A stretch of 64,000 nt of DNA from the human T2T-CHM13v2.0 reference genome, Homo sapiens. Of the stretch, positions 30,260-43,866 are shown in pieces. Both the position numbers and the translations under genes were made by a program. The stretch is taken from NCBI RefSeq assembly GCF_009914755.1, contig NC_060927.1. The stretch is one strand, 5' to 3'. Each line of letters opens with the position of its first letter. Position 1 is the stretch's first letter. A model generated the notes under the pieces. It was given only the letters and a program-made list of their open reading frames with translations, searched no databases and had not been told where the DNA came from.

Positions 30260-30800
30260 TGCTATTGATCCTTCTCAAGGTGTTGTAGGTGACAAAAAAC
30301 CCAAAAACCTCATTCGTTTAAGCACATCAAGAAAGGTAATTAACTTACTAACTTACTGGCTCATGGAACTGAGAGATCAGAGCTTCAGGTATGGCTGGTT
30401 CTAGTGCTCAGAATGGCTGTCAGGTCTGTTCTCTTTCATGGTGGCTTCATTTGCAGGATGCTCTCATTACTGGTGTTCAGATGCTCCATGCCTATGTATT
30501 AACACTTGCAAGTACAATGGAAAGAGGTTCTTTGTTATTCTAGCAAAAGATCAGGAATTACATCTCTTGACCAATTTTGGATATGTGCCTTTTCTGAACC
30601 AATGATTAGAGGTGGAAGAATGGAATGTGTATTCCGTTGAGTCATGTGCTCATCCTGTGAGCCCTGAGTTTAGGGCAGGGGTTGGTGGAGTTTGTGGATA
30701 GCATCACCAAGACAGCTAGACTAGGAGAGGGTGGCTCCTCAAAGAAAAAATCCACATGCTACTAACACAGGAAGGTGGTGTGGAAGCCAGGTAGGCAAAA
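30260..30800 (-). mobile_element. Ancient MLT1 (K/L-like) LTR
   Basis: actggctcatggaactgag ... cttcaggtatggctgg ... tgaaccaatga ... cctcaaagaaaaaatc. Confidence 0.5.
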
Positions 30801-31374
30801 TGGGATTTCTAATCCTTCAACCAGTGCACTTCAGAAAGGATCATTCACTAGAACCTTCGAATGAATTCAACTAACATACAGGATGCACGCTGAGGTAAAA
30901 ACTAGAAAATGTCCATAAATCTGTTCATTCACCTGAGGTTTCTGTTCCAAGTTAAATCTATTAGCAGGCAGGACTAGCAAATATTCTTCATAAGTAAAAC
31001 TACCTTATCGGCACCTGTCTTTTTAATGCTACCACTCTATGTTTACACTTTCAAATTTCCCAGTTTCTCAGATGACAGAAGGAATTCTTACTGTATCACA
31101 TCCCTCCATCTGTTGAATTAAACAAAATGCATGCCAGCCCTTTTAACAACTGCAGTACTAAAAGGGTCAAGTGAATGTCAAAGGCATGATTGAACTAACA
31201 GGTTCCGGACTGCCAAGTCCCTTGCAAGACTTTAGAAATGTTTCTTGCTTTTAACTTCTGCTCTGGGTCACTTACTTGTGGTTACTGTGGTGGTGCCACC
31301 AGCTCTCTGAAATTTCTTACTAGTCAACAGACTACAGTACTGAAAGGAGCTATTGTTACACTTCAGTATAGAAA

Positions 31375-31590
31375 CAGGACACACACACACACACACACGC
31401 AAATGAGCACGTGTAAAACAGTGAAATCCAAATGAGGTAGACAGATTGTATTTATGTCAATTTCTTTGTTGCCATAGTATTCTATAGTGTTGCAAGTTGT
31501 TAGCATTGGGGGAAACAGGGTGAAGGGCACACGAGATCTCTCTGTATAATTCTTTATAATTACATGTACATCTTCAATAATTACCAAATA
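31375..31590 (+). mobile_element. L1M 3' fragment preceded by (CA)n
   Basis: tgcaagttgttagcattgggggaaacagggtgaagggcacacgagatctctctgta. Confidence 0.7.
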
Positions 31591-31841
31591 TTTTTTTCTA
31601 ATTTTCTCGAGCTGGGGTCTTGCTGCATATGTGGTCTGGCCTCGAGGGCTCAAGAAATATGTCTGCCTCAGCCTCCCAAGTAACTGCGACTACAGCCATG
31701 TACCACCACACTCAACTCCTACCAAAGAAAGTTTTCAAATAATTGCATAAGACAAAAAACTAATAGAAATAGGATTGTCATGAGGATGATAATGATGTCC
31801 TGTGTCATCTTGATGAAAGCAAATCTTTGAAATAGTGTGAA

Positions 31842-32136
31842 TTTTTTTTTTTTTTGAGACAGAGTCTTATTCTGTCACCCAGGCTACAGTGCAGTGGCAT
31901 GATCTTGGCTCCCTGCAGCCTCCACTTCCTGGGTTCAAGTGATTCTCCTACGTCAGCCACCCGAGTAGCTGGGATTACAGGCATATGCCACCACACCCAG
32001 CTAATTTTTGTGTTTTTTATTAGAGACAGGGTTTCACCATGTTGGCCAGGCTGGTTTCGAACTCCCGACCTCAACTTGATCTGCCTACCTTGGCCTCCCA
32101 AAGTACTGGATTACAGGCGTGGGCCACTGCGCCGGT
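31842..32136 (-). mobile_element. AluS
   Basis: Antisense dimer with poly(T). Confidence 0.93.
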
Positions 32137-32651
32137 CTTGAATGTATTCTTTTCTTCCTGCAGACTCAAAGCTGTGGATGGAAGTTGTTGAAGCCCTAGG
32201 CTGGATTAAGAATACTTTAGATTTAGTCATGGCAGAGAGTTCTGAAACAAGTTCTATCAATATGTAGTTCAACAAATATTTATTTATTTTCACTTTCCTT
32301 TATTTAAATTGAGATGAAACTTGCATAACACAAATTAACCATTTCAAAGTGAACAAGTCAGTGGCATTTGGTGCATTTACAATATTGTGCAGCCACTGTC
32401 TTCAATTCTGAAACATTTTCATCACTCCAAAATTAAACCCCATACCTATTTGGCAGTTACTCCCCAACCCCACTCCAGCCTCTGGGTGACTCCCAATCTG
32501 CTTTCTGCTTCTCTAGATTTACCTATTCTGCACACTTCATGTAAATAAAATCATGGAAGATATGATCTTTTGTGTCTGGCTTCTTTCACTTAGTGTAATG
32601 TTTTTGAGGTTCATCCAGGCCATCGCATGTATCAGTATCAGTACTTCATTC

Positions 32652-33466
32652 TGATGGTGTTCAGGACCCACTACCCTAAAATATGGCACCTTGGCATTTG
32701 AGAACACTGCAGAAGCAGGAAGTTCTCTCTGACCTTCCTCCCACCCTTCACCTTTGAAGTAGACTATAAAAGAATTTTTTTTTATCTTCTCCTGAAGTAG
32801 GGCATAAGGCCCTCATTCCAGAGATGGCCACACTATACTCAGAGAAAAATGCCCTGTCTCTAAGGACACAGGAACTCGGAGAAGAACCTGAACAAACAGG
32901 CCTTGCTAAATTCTCCCTAGTTGATTACTATCAGTTTACACCCCTTTTGTCCAATGGTACTGCTGCCTGACTATCCATTTGTCATCAAACCTAAGCACAA
33001 AAATGCATAGGTTTCCCTGTTTTTTTGGTTTTTCATTTAAAAAGTCTCCCATATCACATAAAATTTGTATGCTATTCTCTTGTTAAGCTGTTTTTTCTCT
33101 TTTTTTGAGACAGGGTCTGCCTCTGTCACCCAGGCTGGAGTACAGTGGTGTGATCTTAGCTTGCTGTAACCCCAAATTCCTGGGCTCAAGCAGTCCTCCC
33201 ACCTCAGCCTCCTGAGTAGCTGGGATTACAGGCAGCACCACTATGCCTGGCCAATCTTTCTTTTTATTTTTTGTAGAGATGGGATCTCACTATGTTGACC
33301 AGGCCAGTCATGAACTCCTGGCCTCAGGCGATCTTCCTGCCTCAGCCTCCCAAAGTGCTGAGATTAAGATGTGAGCCACTGTGCCCAGCCTAAGCTGTCT
33401 TTTATTGCAAGCGCCTCAGCTATGAACCTAGCAATGGGTTAGAAAATAAATCTCTCCTCTCCTACA
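32652..33466 (+). mobile_element. MER39-type solo LTR, copy 2 (contains an AluJ)
   Basis: TGATGGtgttcaggacc ... aaatatggcaccttggcatttgagaa ... ctcctaCA; TSD attc / attt. Confidence 0.82.
33091..33390 (-). mobile_element. AluJ inside MER39
   Basis: TSD taagctgt. Confidence 0.93.
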
Positions 33467-33860
33467 ATTTTCTTTCATGGCTGAATAATAAAAAAAAAAA
33501 AATTGCCATTATCCATTATATCCATTGTATGAACATAACACAATTTGTCTATCTATTCATTTGTTGATGGACATTTAAGTTGTTTCTACCTTTTGGCTAT
33601 CGTGAATAGTGCTGGTATAACATTTGTGTACAGGTATGGTTTTCACCACCTGTTTCCAATTATTTTGGGTATATACCTATGAGCAAAATTGCTGGGTCAT
33701 GTGACAATTCTGTTGAACTTAACAAATACTTACTGAACAACTGCAGTGTTCCCTGTAGTGCTCTACGTGCTGGCAACACAATTATTGAGCCAAAAGTTCA
33801 GATCCCTCCTTTTCTGGAACTTAATTTCTAATATCAAAGAGAAAGGCAATAAACAATAAG

Positions 33861-34328
<468 letters not shown>

Positions 34329-36333
34329 ACAATAAGAAAATACAGTAATTTCAGATGTTAATCACACATGAATACACAAAGTGGGGTAATATGATAGAGA
34401 ACAAATATAAGTGGGTGAGCTACTTTCAATAGTTAGGAAAGACCTCTATGAGAAGCTCATATTCAAGCTGAGACCTGAATGATAACAAGGAACCAACTGT
34501 ATCAAGATCTCTGGGCAGCGTATCCAAGCAGAGGGAAGAGACTGAGCCAAGACTGCAAGCCTGCAAGTTCAGGAACCAAAACAATGTCACTGTGGCTGGA
34601 ACTGGGTTATCTTTAGCCTGAGTGTAAGTACAGTTTCTAACACCACAATCCTGGAGGAAGATTTGGGCCTCTTTTTTGGAATAAAGACAGTGAAAATCAG
34701 TCTTGGTAACATCAAACTCTAGACCCGTGGTTGTCAGTGAGCATGATATAGCACACTGGTGTTCCCCAAGCACTTCTCAGTTAGGGCCTAGATTTTGCCC
34801 ACTGGGTACAATTTATTTTGCATCAACTGAGAACACAGAGTATCTGTCAGAATGCTGAGCTGAGGATTAGCTGGTTGTGGTGTGTGTGGAGTACAATTTG
34901 GTACTAACGAGTGGTAAGAAGCATACCATAATGCCAAAGATTGTCTACTGGGATGTATGCAGAATGTGAGGTTTCTGAGAGCCAAGTCCTGGAAGTAAAG
35001 GAGGTTGCACCGAGGCTGAGAAAATAGAGTGATCATTGTGCACACGTTCATGGACCCCACCAGATGTTAGACTGACTGGAGTAGACAGTGCATTGCAATC
35101 ATTGCTAACTCATTGAGTGTCTTTTTATTTCTTTAAGCATGACTTCAAAACTCTAATAATCATAAAGTTCTGAGAAAATGTGGAGATCATGACTCTAGAC
35201 AACATTTACAAGAACTGCATAGGTGAAAGAGTCAGATGTCTGGCTGACCTAGCAGTTCTCTTTGCAACTGAGGAAGGCCACGCCAAAGAAGTAAGGTTTA
35301 CATCCAGGCTGAGACTTTTTCAGAGCCACGAGGGAGTGGTGGGTGAGTCAGAGAAATGATGCATGCCAGAAGAAATCCCTTAAGAATTACTGTAAAATCA
35401 ATGGATTGGAAAACTGAATTAATGGGGCTGGGGACTGTTTATTAACAATGAAAAAAAAATCTATATTTCCCCTGTCTTCTCTGAGCAATATTAGAAGCTA
35501 TGAGAGAGGAGCAATGAATATCATGTGAAAGGAGAAAGTGAAGACACCAGATCACATAAATGATTACATGGAGTCTGAACGGCTCATAAGGTTTGCATGA
35601 GTGAATGTTCCCAGTCGTTCTGGTGGATAAACACTTTGTTATCCTAGATCACTCTGAATAACTTGGGCCAATAAAGGCAGTCATACTTATTTCAAAGGAC
35701 GCCATATCAGGTTCTAAAGTGGCCTTCAAATTTATTGCATTTGTGGAAGTACCAACTGGTGAGAATAGCATTTGTGATTGGTTTCAGCCATGCAAGGGAG
35801 TCTAGTTACAAGATAATTCTTGATAGGGGACAGGGTCCCAAATCCTTCTGCTTTGTTTAAAAAGCATTGCTGAATCAGCATTTGATTCAGAGTGTACAAT
35901 ATATAACTTTTGTTTTTTTTAAAATACTAATCAGTATTGGCAACTTTTTAAAGTTATAAAAAGTGAAGTGCCTAGGAAAAATTTTGTATTCTCATTTAAA
36001 GCTAAATAAACAGATGGAAATAGAAATTAGAAGGTGTTCCATCTTATTTCAATTTTCTTTTTTCCCCACTATTATGACAGTTAAAGAAAATCGCTGAAAA
36101 CTAGTCAAATCCAAAAATATTCCTCACATTTATTTTTCCTCGCCTGAGTAAAATTTCAGAGTGTTTTGTTTACAAATGAAAACTTTAAAAGTAATTATTT
36201 TGTAATTGTTTTGTAAAAAAGCAAATTAATAATAACGTTCTACAAACATAAAGTTAACTTTTGTGTGATTAAAGTTTAATCTAAAAACATTAACTTTCTA
36301 TTACCTGTTTAACATGAAAGTAGACCGTTTTTA

Positions 36334-36691
<358 letters not shown>

Positions 36692-37284
36692 TTATTCCAC
36701 TTTTGCTATATAAAAAAACCTGTGTGTATATGTATTTACACACAAAGAATATAATATGGAAAGTTATATCCCAAAATGTGAGTAATCATCACATCTAGGT
36801 GGTAAGATTCTGCTTTTTTATATTTTCATATTTTTTCTATATGAATATGTATTATTTGTACATATGGGGGGAAGAGAAAACTAATATAAGCAAAGCATTA
36901 GTTTTCTAATGTAACTGTAATGACATTAATTCAAATTCTAATAAATTACATTAGTTCTAATTAATGGGTCAAAGTCTTGGCTATAAACAGATGGCACATT
37001 CAGGATTTTTTTAAAAATTTCAATAGCTTTGGGGTTGTAATGGTTTTTGGTTACATGGACGAATTTTGTAGTGGCGAAATCTGAGATTTTAGTGCACTCA
37101 TCACCCAAGCAGTGTACATTGTACTCACTATGTAGTCTTTTATCCCTCACTCACCTCCCACTCTCCCCACTATAGTCCATTACATCAGTCTTATGCTTTT
37201 GCGGCCTAGTAGCTTAGCTCCCACTTATAAGTGAGAACATACAGTATTTGGTTTTCCATTCCTGAGTCACTTCACTTAGAATAA

Positions 37285-37839
<555 letters not shown>

Positions 37840-38059
37840 TAAATGTGTGTGCATGTGTCCTTTTAAATATAATGATATCTTTTTCATTTGAGTAGATACC
37901 TAGTAGTGGGATTGCTGGATCGAATGATAGATCTACTTTTAGTTCTTTGAGGAATCTCCATACTGTTTTTCACAGAGGTTGTACTAATTTACATTCCCAC
38001 CAGCAATGTAAAAGCCTTCCCTTTGCACCACATACACACTAACATCTATTGTTTTTTGA

Positions 38060-38353
<294 letters not shown>

Positions 38354-39047
38354 TGTTTTTTGACTTTTAAATTATGGCCATTCTTGCAGGACTGAGGTGG
38401 TATGTCACTGGGGTTTTAACTTCCATTTCTCTGATGATTAATGATGTTGAGCATTTTTTCATATGTTTGTTCTTCATTTGTATATCTTCTTTTGAGAAAT
38501 GTCTATTCATTTCCTTTGCCCACTTTTTGATGGGGACACTCAAGATTTTTAAAAAAGGAGAGTCAAATGGAATTTAACATTTGTGGAGAGAAGTGAGCAG
38601 GGTTAAGGAACCATCAGGGCATGATAAAGCACCCAGGGGCTAGGAACTGGGAAGCTGTTACCACCCATAGACACAAAGGCAAAAGGAATGGGAACATGTT
38701 TCCAGAGCCTGGGGAAAGCTTGGGGCTGACAGGACCATGGCGAGGATGGAGGGCTGAGGACAGAGGGGAAGCACCCTAGCTTTCCTTTCTCCCTCCTAGT
38801 CTCAACCCAGTGAAAGCCTTAGGCCCTCCTAAGAGGCTGGCCTTGACTCACTGGGCATGGTGAAGAGCAAAGGACAATGAATGCGTTGGATAAATGGAGA
38901 ATAAGCTGTGCTGACAGCACATTGTGAAGATACATTCTCAGCTGTGAGTTACCTCTCATACCTTTCTACCATATTGAAAAAGGAATTAGTTTCCTTTTAT
39001 TCCTTCATTTTCTTCTTCCTGGTTCTTTATAGAATTGATCTTCTAAA

Positions 39048-39153
39048 ATGTAGAGATGTTGCCCAGGCTGGTCTCGAACTCCTGGGCTTAAGTGATCTTC
39101 CTGTGTCAGTCTCACAAACTGTTAGGATTACAAGCATGAGCCACTGTGCCTGG
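39048..39153 (-). mobile_element. FLAM / left Alu monomer
   Basis: gttgcccaggctggtctcgaactcctgggcttaagtgatc. Confidence 0.85.
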
Positions 39154-39249
39154 ACAAAATAAACTTTACGTGTCTACCAGAGACCACTTTCTCAACATAG
39201 GAGCATTAGGGTTTGAATGTATCTTAACAATCATTTGTCAAGGACAGAC

Positions 39250-39811
39250 ATGGTAGCCATCTGTTAGTTTTTAAAAATCTATCCTTTATTCCTTCTGGGG
39301 AACCTTCTCTCCCCAACACTGTAGGATGTAATCAAGAGCACCTGCTTCCTTTGCTGTGGGGTGCGGTGTGACTCAGGCTGGATAAACAACATGCCCCATC
39401 TCTGTGGACATGGGGATAAGTGGGTCCATGACCCATTGGGGCCACTCAGAGTTTTTTTTCCAAGGAGTGACATGGACTCTAGAAAATAAAGTATCTCTTT
39501 ATTTATCAGGAACTGTCAGGATTATGTTAAGTCTGGAGCTTTCAGGAGCTGGAGTTAGGCAGCTTAGGAGTGCCTAACTTTTTCACCCTGGACAGCCTTT
39601 TGGTGAATATTGCCAGCATGGAGGGAAAAAGAACTGAAAGATGGAAGAAAAACACAGGTTAGGGATGACATAATTCAAGCACCTGACCCTAGCAGCCAGA
39701 AGCTAGCAAAACCCCAGACATCTGTTTTATGTGCCAACAAATTTTCTTTGCCTCATATGTTACTTTGAGGTATATTTCTCACAATTGAAACTGACAGTCC
39801 TGACTAATAGA
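39250..39811 (+). mobile_element. Ancient MaLR/ERVL LTR
   Basis: gggtccatgaccca ... ccagacatctgttttatgtgccaacaaattttct ... gtcctgactaataga. Confidence 0.45.
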
Positions 39812-39849
39812 ACCTCCCATGTGGAGGCTGAGGGTAATAGCAGTTAGAG

Positions 39850-40240
39850 TTCATTGTGCTCTTACGTGTTTTGTTTTCATTTATTCCTATAATAACCCTT
39901 AGAAGAAAATAACATATGATTATTGCCATTGTCCAGGTAAACAAACTGAGGTACAGAGAGGTCAAGTAATGACACTAAGGGACTAAATTGTCATTCAAAT
40001 CAAACCTTTGCTCAACTGTAAAATGTGTGCTCCTAATAAGATAACTATATAATTTATCCTCTAGATTGGGGCAATTTGATAATGACACCAGGATAACAGG
40101 CACAGTCTTGGACTGTCTGAGGCACACTGCAAGTCACTTAGCTCTTCACCATTCCACCATGACTCTTGTGATCCTTGTTTTCCTGTTGAGGAAACTGAGA
40201 TATGGACAGGTTAAGTAATTTATCCAAGGTCATATGACAG
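39850..40240 (-). mobile_element. MIR fragments
   Basis: aaactgaggtacagagaggtcaagtaa; gaggaaactgaga ... ggttaagtaatttatccaaggtca. Confidence 0.65.
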
Positions 40241-40513
40241 AGTCCATGGGTGGGGAGGAGAAAGATTAGGGAAGGTGCTGCTTGGCCAACCTATGTTTAT
40301 TCTGTGACCAAACGTGGGGCTTTTCAAGGTTCATAGGCTCCTAATGCATGGATCAATACAAAGACACAGAAGATGGAAATTCTGGCCATGTCAAAGTCCT
40401 GTCTCAAAGCTCCCAAACCAGAAGATCTAAAGGTACAAAGGTGACTTTATTAAAAGGTAGTGATTGAGCCACTAGAACAACAAAAGTATTAACTTTAAAA
40501 AATATATAACATA

Positions 40514-40806
40514 GGCCGGGCATGGTGGCACACACCTTTAATCCCAGTACTTTGGGAGGCCAAGGAGGGCAGATCTCATGAGGTCAGGAGTTCAAGACCA
40601 GCCTGGCCAACATGATGAAATCCTGTCTTTACTAAAAATACAAAAATTAGCTGGGCATGCTGGTGGGCACCTGTAATCCCAGCTACTCAGGAGGCTGAGG
40701 CATGAGAATGGCTTGAACCTGGGAGGCGGAGGTTGCAGTGAGCTGAGATTACCCCAGTGCACTCTAGCCTGGGCAACAGAGCAAGACTCTATCTCAAGAC
40801 AAAAAA
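40514..40806 (+). mobile_element. AluS (Sg-like)
   Basis: Full dimer. Confidence 0.93.
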
Positions 40807-40902
40807 TATATATATATATAATGATATATATATATATATATAAAATATATATAATGATATATATAAAAATATATATATCATGATATATATATGTAATGAG
40901 AT

Positions 40903-40948
<46 letters not shown>
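40806..40948. repeat. Interrupted (TA)n array
   Basis: ~140 bp of near-pure A/T, ending in about 22 uninterrupted TA units. Confidence 0.95.
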
Positions 40949-40950
<2 letters not shown>

Positions 40951-41789
40951 TGGCACTTGGAGGAGCAGTAATTAACAGGATGAGTTTGGGCTGTATTAGA
41001 AGCTATGAGATAATAGTAAATGAAGTAGCTTGTCCCCTGGACTGGCTGGACATTAGAAGTATAAGAAGTAGTAAATGAAGACATCTCTTCATCCATTCAC
41101 AAAATCATCTGGATTTTTCAGGACTTATTGGATATTTGATAGACCCTCTGTTTTAGATTGCAGAGGCTGGTAGTGGGAACCCAGCTGCTCCTACTGTCTT
41201 TCCTTTGGGGTCCCTTTTGGGTGTCTGTGCCTGTATGGAATGGGGGACACATGGGGCATGTGCCTAGCACTGTGCTATGTACTTACATAGTCACGTTCTA
41301 ATGCCACACCGGGAAGCAGGTACTGTCCTTATGCTATTCTACAGACAAGGAAGCTGAGCCTCACTAAAGTTAAGGAACCTAGGCTAGGCTATTCACCCAA
41401 CACATATTTTTTCACATCCTTCTCTGGGCCAGGGAATGCTGTGGAGTGCTGAGTGCAGAGTGATGACGATGTTACATGTAATTCCTGCCATTGTGGCACT
41501 CATAGCAAAGAAGGTATGTGCCAAGTCAGCCTTACTCCACTACTCCATTCTGCCTACCACCTCCAATAACAAGCGGGCTGTGGGCATGCTAAGCAAAGCT
41601 GGTCTACTCTGCTAGGTTACGAGGGAAGCAGGGGGCAGGGAGTGGGGGAGATAAGAACAAAAGGCATTGGGAGCCCAGCTCAGGTTGTGTCTCACTACCA
41701 AGAGACGAGCTGGGCCATGCTAGCAAGCAATGTATTTAAATGCATCACTTGCTTTCTATTAGTTTGCGGTTCAAGGGAAAAAAATAACT

Positions 41790-42282
41790 CTAACTTGGCT
41801 TGTAATGTGTTACACAGCCTGACCCTTAGCCACCCCTTTAAGCTCATCATGAAGTTCCATGCCCAACTCTCTGCACCCCATGCTCTCTGTTCTTGTGGCA
41901 GCTCACTGGGTTAATCCTGCTCCTTTCTCCATGGAGGGACTTACACATTATCCTCTCCTTCTGACTTGGGTACTTTCCTCTTTACCATCCCCATCCTTCC
42001 AACACACCCTTCTGGTCTTCCTGGGGTAACTGTGCCTGACCACCCTGATCAGGCCTCATGTACCTCTCCAGTGTAGTAGTTACATAATTGGCACTTAACA
42101 TTTATTTATGTGAATAAGTGATAACTGTCTCCTCAAATAGACAGTGAGCTTTTTAAGAGTAGGGACTATTCCCCTCTCTCTTTTTTTGCTCACTTTTAAA
42201 TATTTTAAATTTTGTTAAATTTATAAATGTAGTGCTAAATATATCTTTGTAGAATGAGTGAAAGAATGAATGGATGGATGAA
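41790..42282 (+). mobile_element. L2 3' end
   Basis: ctgtctcctcaaatagacagtgagcttttt ... gtagaatgagtgaaagaatgaatgga. Confidence 0.55.
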
Positions 42283-42409
42283 ATAGAGGTGTTACTGAGT
42301 ATGTAACAGGGCATCTAATCAAATTAGGGAAGCCAATAACGATGTCCAGCTTTTGCTTATCATTGTCTCCCTATCACCTAGCCCAGTGCTTGAGAGATCC
42401 GTTATCTAA

Positions 42410-42575
42410 GCAGGTACTTCTAAAATTTTGATGTTTGTACCAGTCCTCGAAAATCTTGTTACAATGCAGCTTCTGATTCAGTAGATCTGGAGAGGAGCCT
42501 GAGATTCTTCATTTTAAACTGCTACCATGTGATTTTGAGGCTGCTGGCCCAAGGGCTACACTTTGAGTAGCAAGA
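42410..42575. mobile_element. MER5A (hAT-Charlie)
   Basis: cttgttacaatgcagcttctgattcagtagatctgg ... cacactttgagtagca-like end. Confidence 0.75.
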
Positions 42576-42621
42576 CTCTTAGCAATATAACATAGTTGCA
42601 AGAGGATATTAGCTTCGAGCA

Positions 42622-42990
42622 ATACATCAATGAGGATGCTTTTGGTTGCAAGTAAGGGAAACCCCAGATCAAAATGACTTACTTAAAAAATAAGGGTGAT
42701 TTATTTTGCAAATGAAGAGGCCTGTGACAGATTGGAATTCAGACACAATTTCACCAAGTCTCCAGCTCTGTTTCTCTGTGATTCTCTTGGTGCTGCCCTC
42801 CTTGGAGTGTCCTTTTCATTTTTTGGCTGACTTCCTTGATGGTGGCAAAATGATATCAGCTTTTCCAGCTGTCACATCTCCATATGGTATCATCTAGTGG
42901 AAATAAAATCATCTATTCCCCCAGCCGTCAAGAAAAGGTCTAGTCTTAACTACAATTTGACTAACTTAGGTTATATCTGGGGTAGGGTGG
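42622..42990 (-). mobile_element. Ancient MLT1 LTR
   Basis: aggatgcttttggttgcaagtaagggaaaccccag ... ggtgatttatt. Confidence 0.55.
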
Positions 42991-43181
42991 GAGGGAATTT
43001 GTAATTTATTTGGCTGACGTTGTCTATTTGCTAGCTTCAGAAGTGGTAGCTTATATTGTCCTAGCTGGGTCCTGATGGTACACAGGTGCTCAAGTAATCC
43101 CATCTTGTGCCTTGGGTGTTTGTACATTCCATGAAATCACAAACACATACATGGACCCTTGCCTTCAAGCATCCACCTAGG

Positions 43182-43340
43182 GCAGTGGTTCTCAACTCTG
43201 GCCGTTTAGAATTACCTGGGAAATTTTTACAAATATAGATGTCTAGATTTGTAAAATAAGTTTCCTGGGGCAGGACCCCAATGATCCAAGTTTTTAAAAG
43301 ACCCTTGAGGGTTTCTAATGTGTAGTTAAGGCTAGGAGCC
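43182..43340. mobile_element. MER5B-like
   Basis: gcagtggttctcaactctggccgtttagaattacctggg ... gtttctaatgtgtag. Confidence 0.7.
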
Positions 43341-43351
43341 ATTTACCTAAA

Positions 43352-43594
43352 GCATACTTCTCACTCCCCAGAGGAGGGGATTTTCTGTTCCCCAGGGGCC
43401 ATTTATCAATGCAATGCTTGGAGCTATTTTTGGTCGTCACGACCAAAAATTACTACTGATAACTTTTGGTGTTACTACTGATATCTAGTGGAATGGTGCT
43501 AAACATCTCATAATGCACAGAAAAATCTCTTTTCCCCTACACAAAGAATCACTGGGCTTAAAATGTTGATAGCATTGAGGTTGAGAACACTTGA
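43352..43594 (+). mobile_element. MER20
   Basis: ccccaggggccattt ... tttttggtcgtcac ... atctagtgg ... tgctaaacatc ... gaggttgagaacac. Confidence 0.8.
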
Positions 43595-43675
43595 TCTAGA
43601 GGGACAAGATGTTAGAACCAGTTATTTATGTGCAATGTATTCGGGCATACTGATAGGAAAACACACAGTATAGAA

Positions 43676-43866
43676 CCATGGTTTTCGAGCTTTATTGCCC
43701 TTAAGAATTAACAGGAGTGCCTGTTTAAAACGAAGTTTCCTGAAGCTTGACTCCCTGAAGTATAGATTCTTCCAGCCTGGAGTGGGGTCCAGTCATCTAG
43801 ATGTTTAATCTGATAAAGTCGCTGCTGATGCAGGTGGCTCTGCAGACCGCGCTTTGAGAAACACAA
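43676..43866. mobile_element. MER5A-like
   Basis: ctggagtggggtccag ... tgctgatgcaggtgg ... accgcgctttgagaaacac. Confidence 0.65.

Larger units (their letters stand above)
32285..33715 (-). mobile_element. L1MB-like 3' end split by MER39, itself inserted in the tail of an antisense L2
   Basis: aaattaaccatttcaaagtgaacaagtcagtggcattt ... tgtgtctggcttctttcacttag ... | ttcatggctgaataata ... aattgctgggtcat; flanks aacaaatatttatt / aacaaatacttact. Confidence 0.8.

Noticed and set aside
38585-38930. Possible ancient LTR fragment
   Set aside because: It resembles an old LTR, but I cannot assign family or boundaries with enough confidence.
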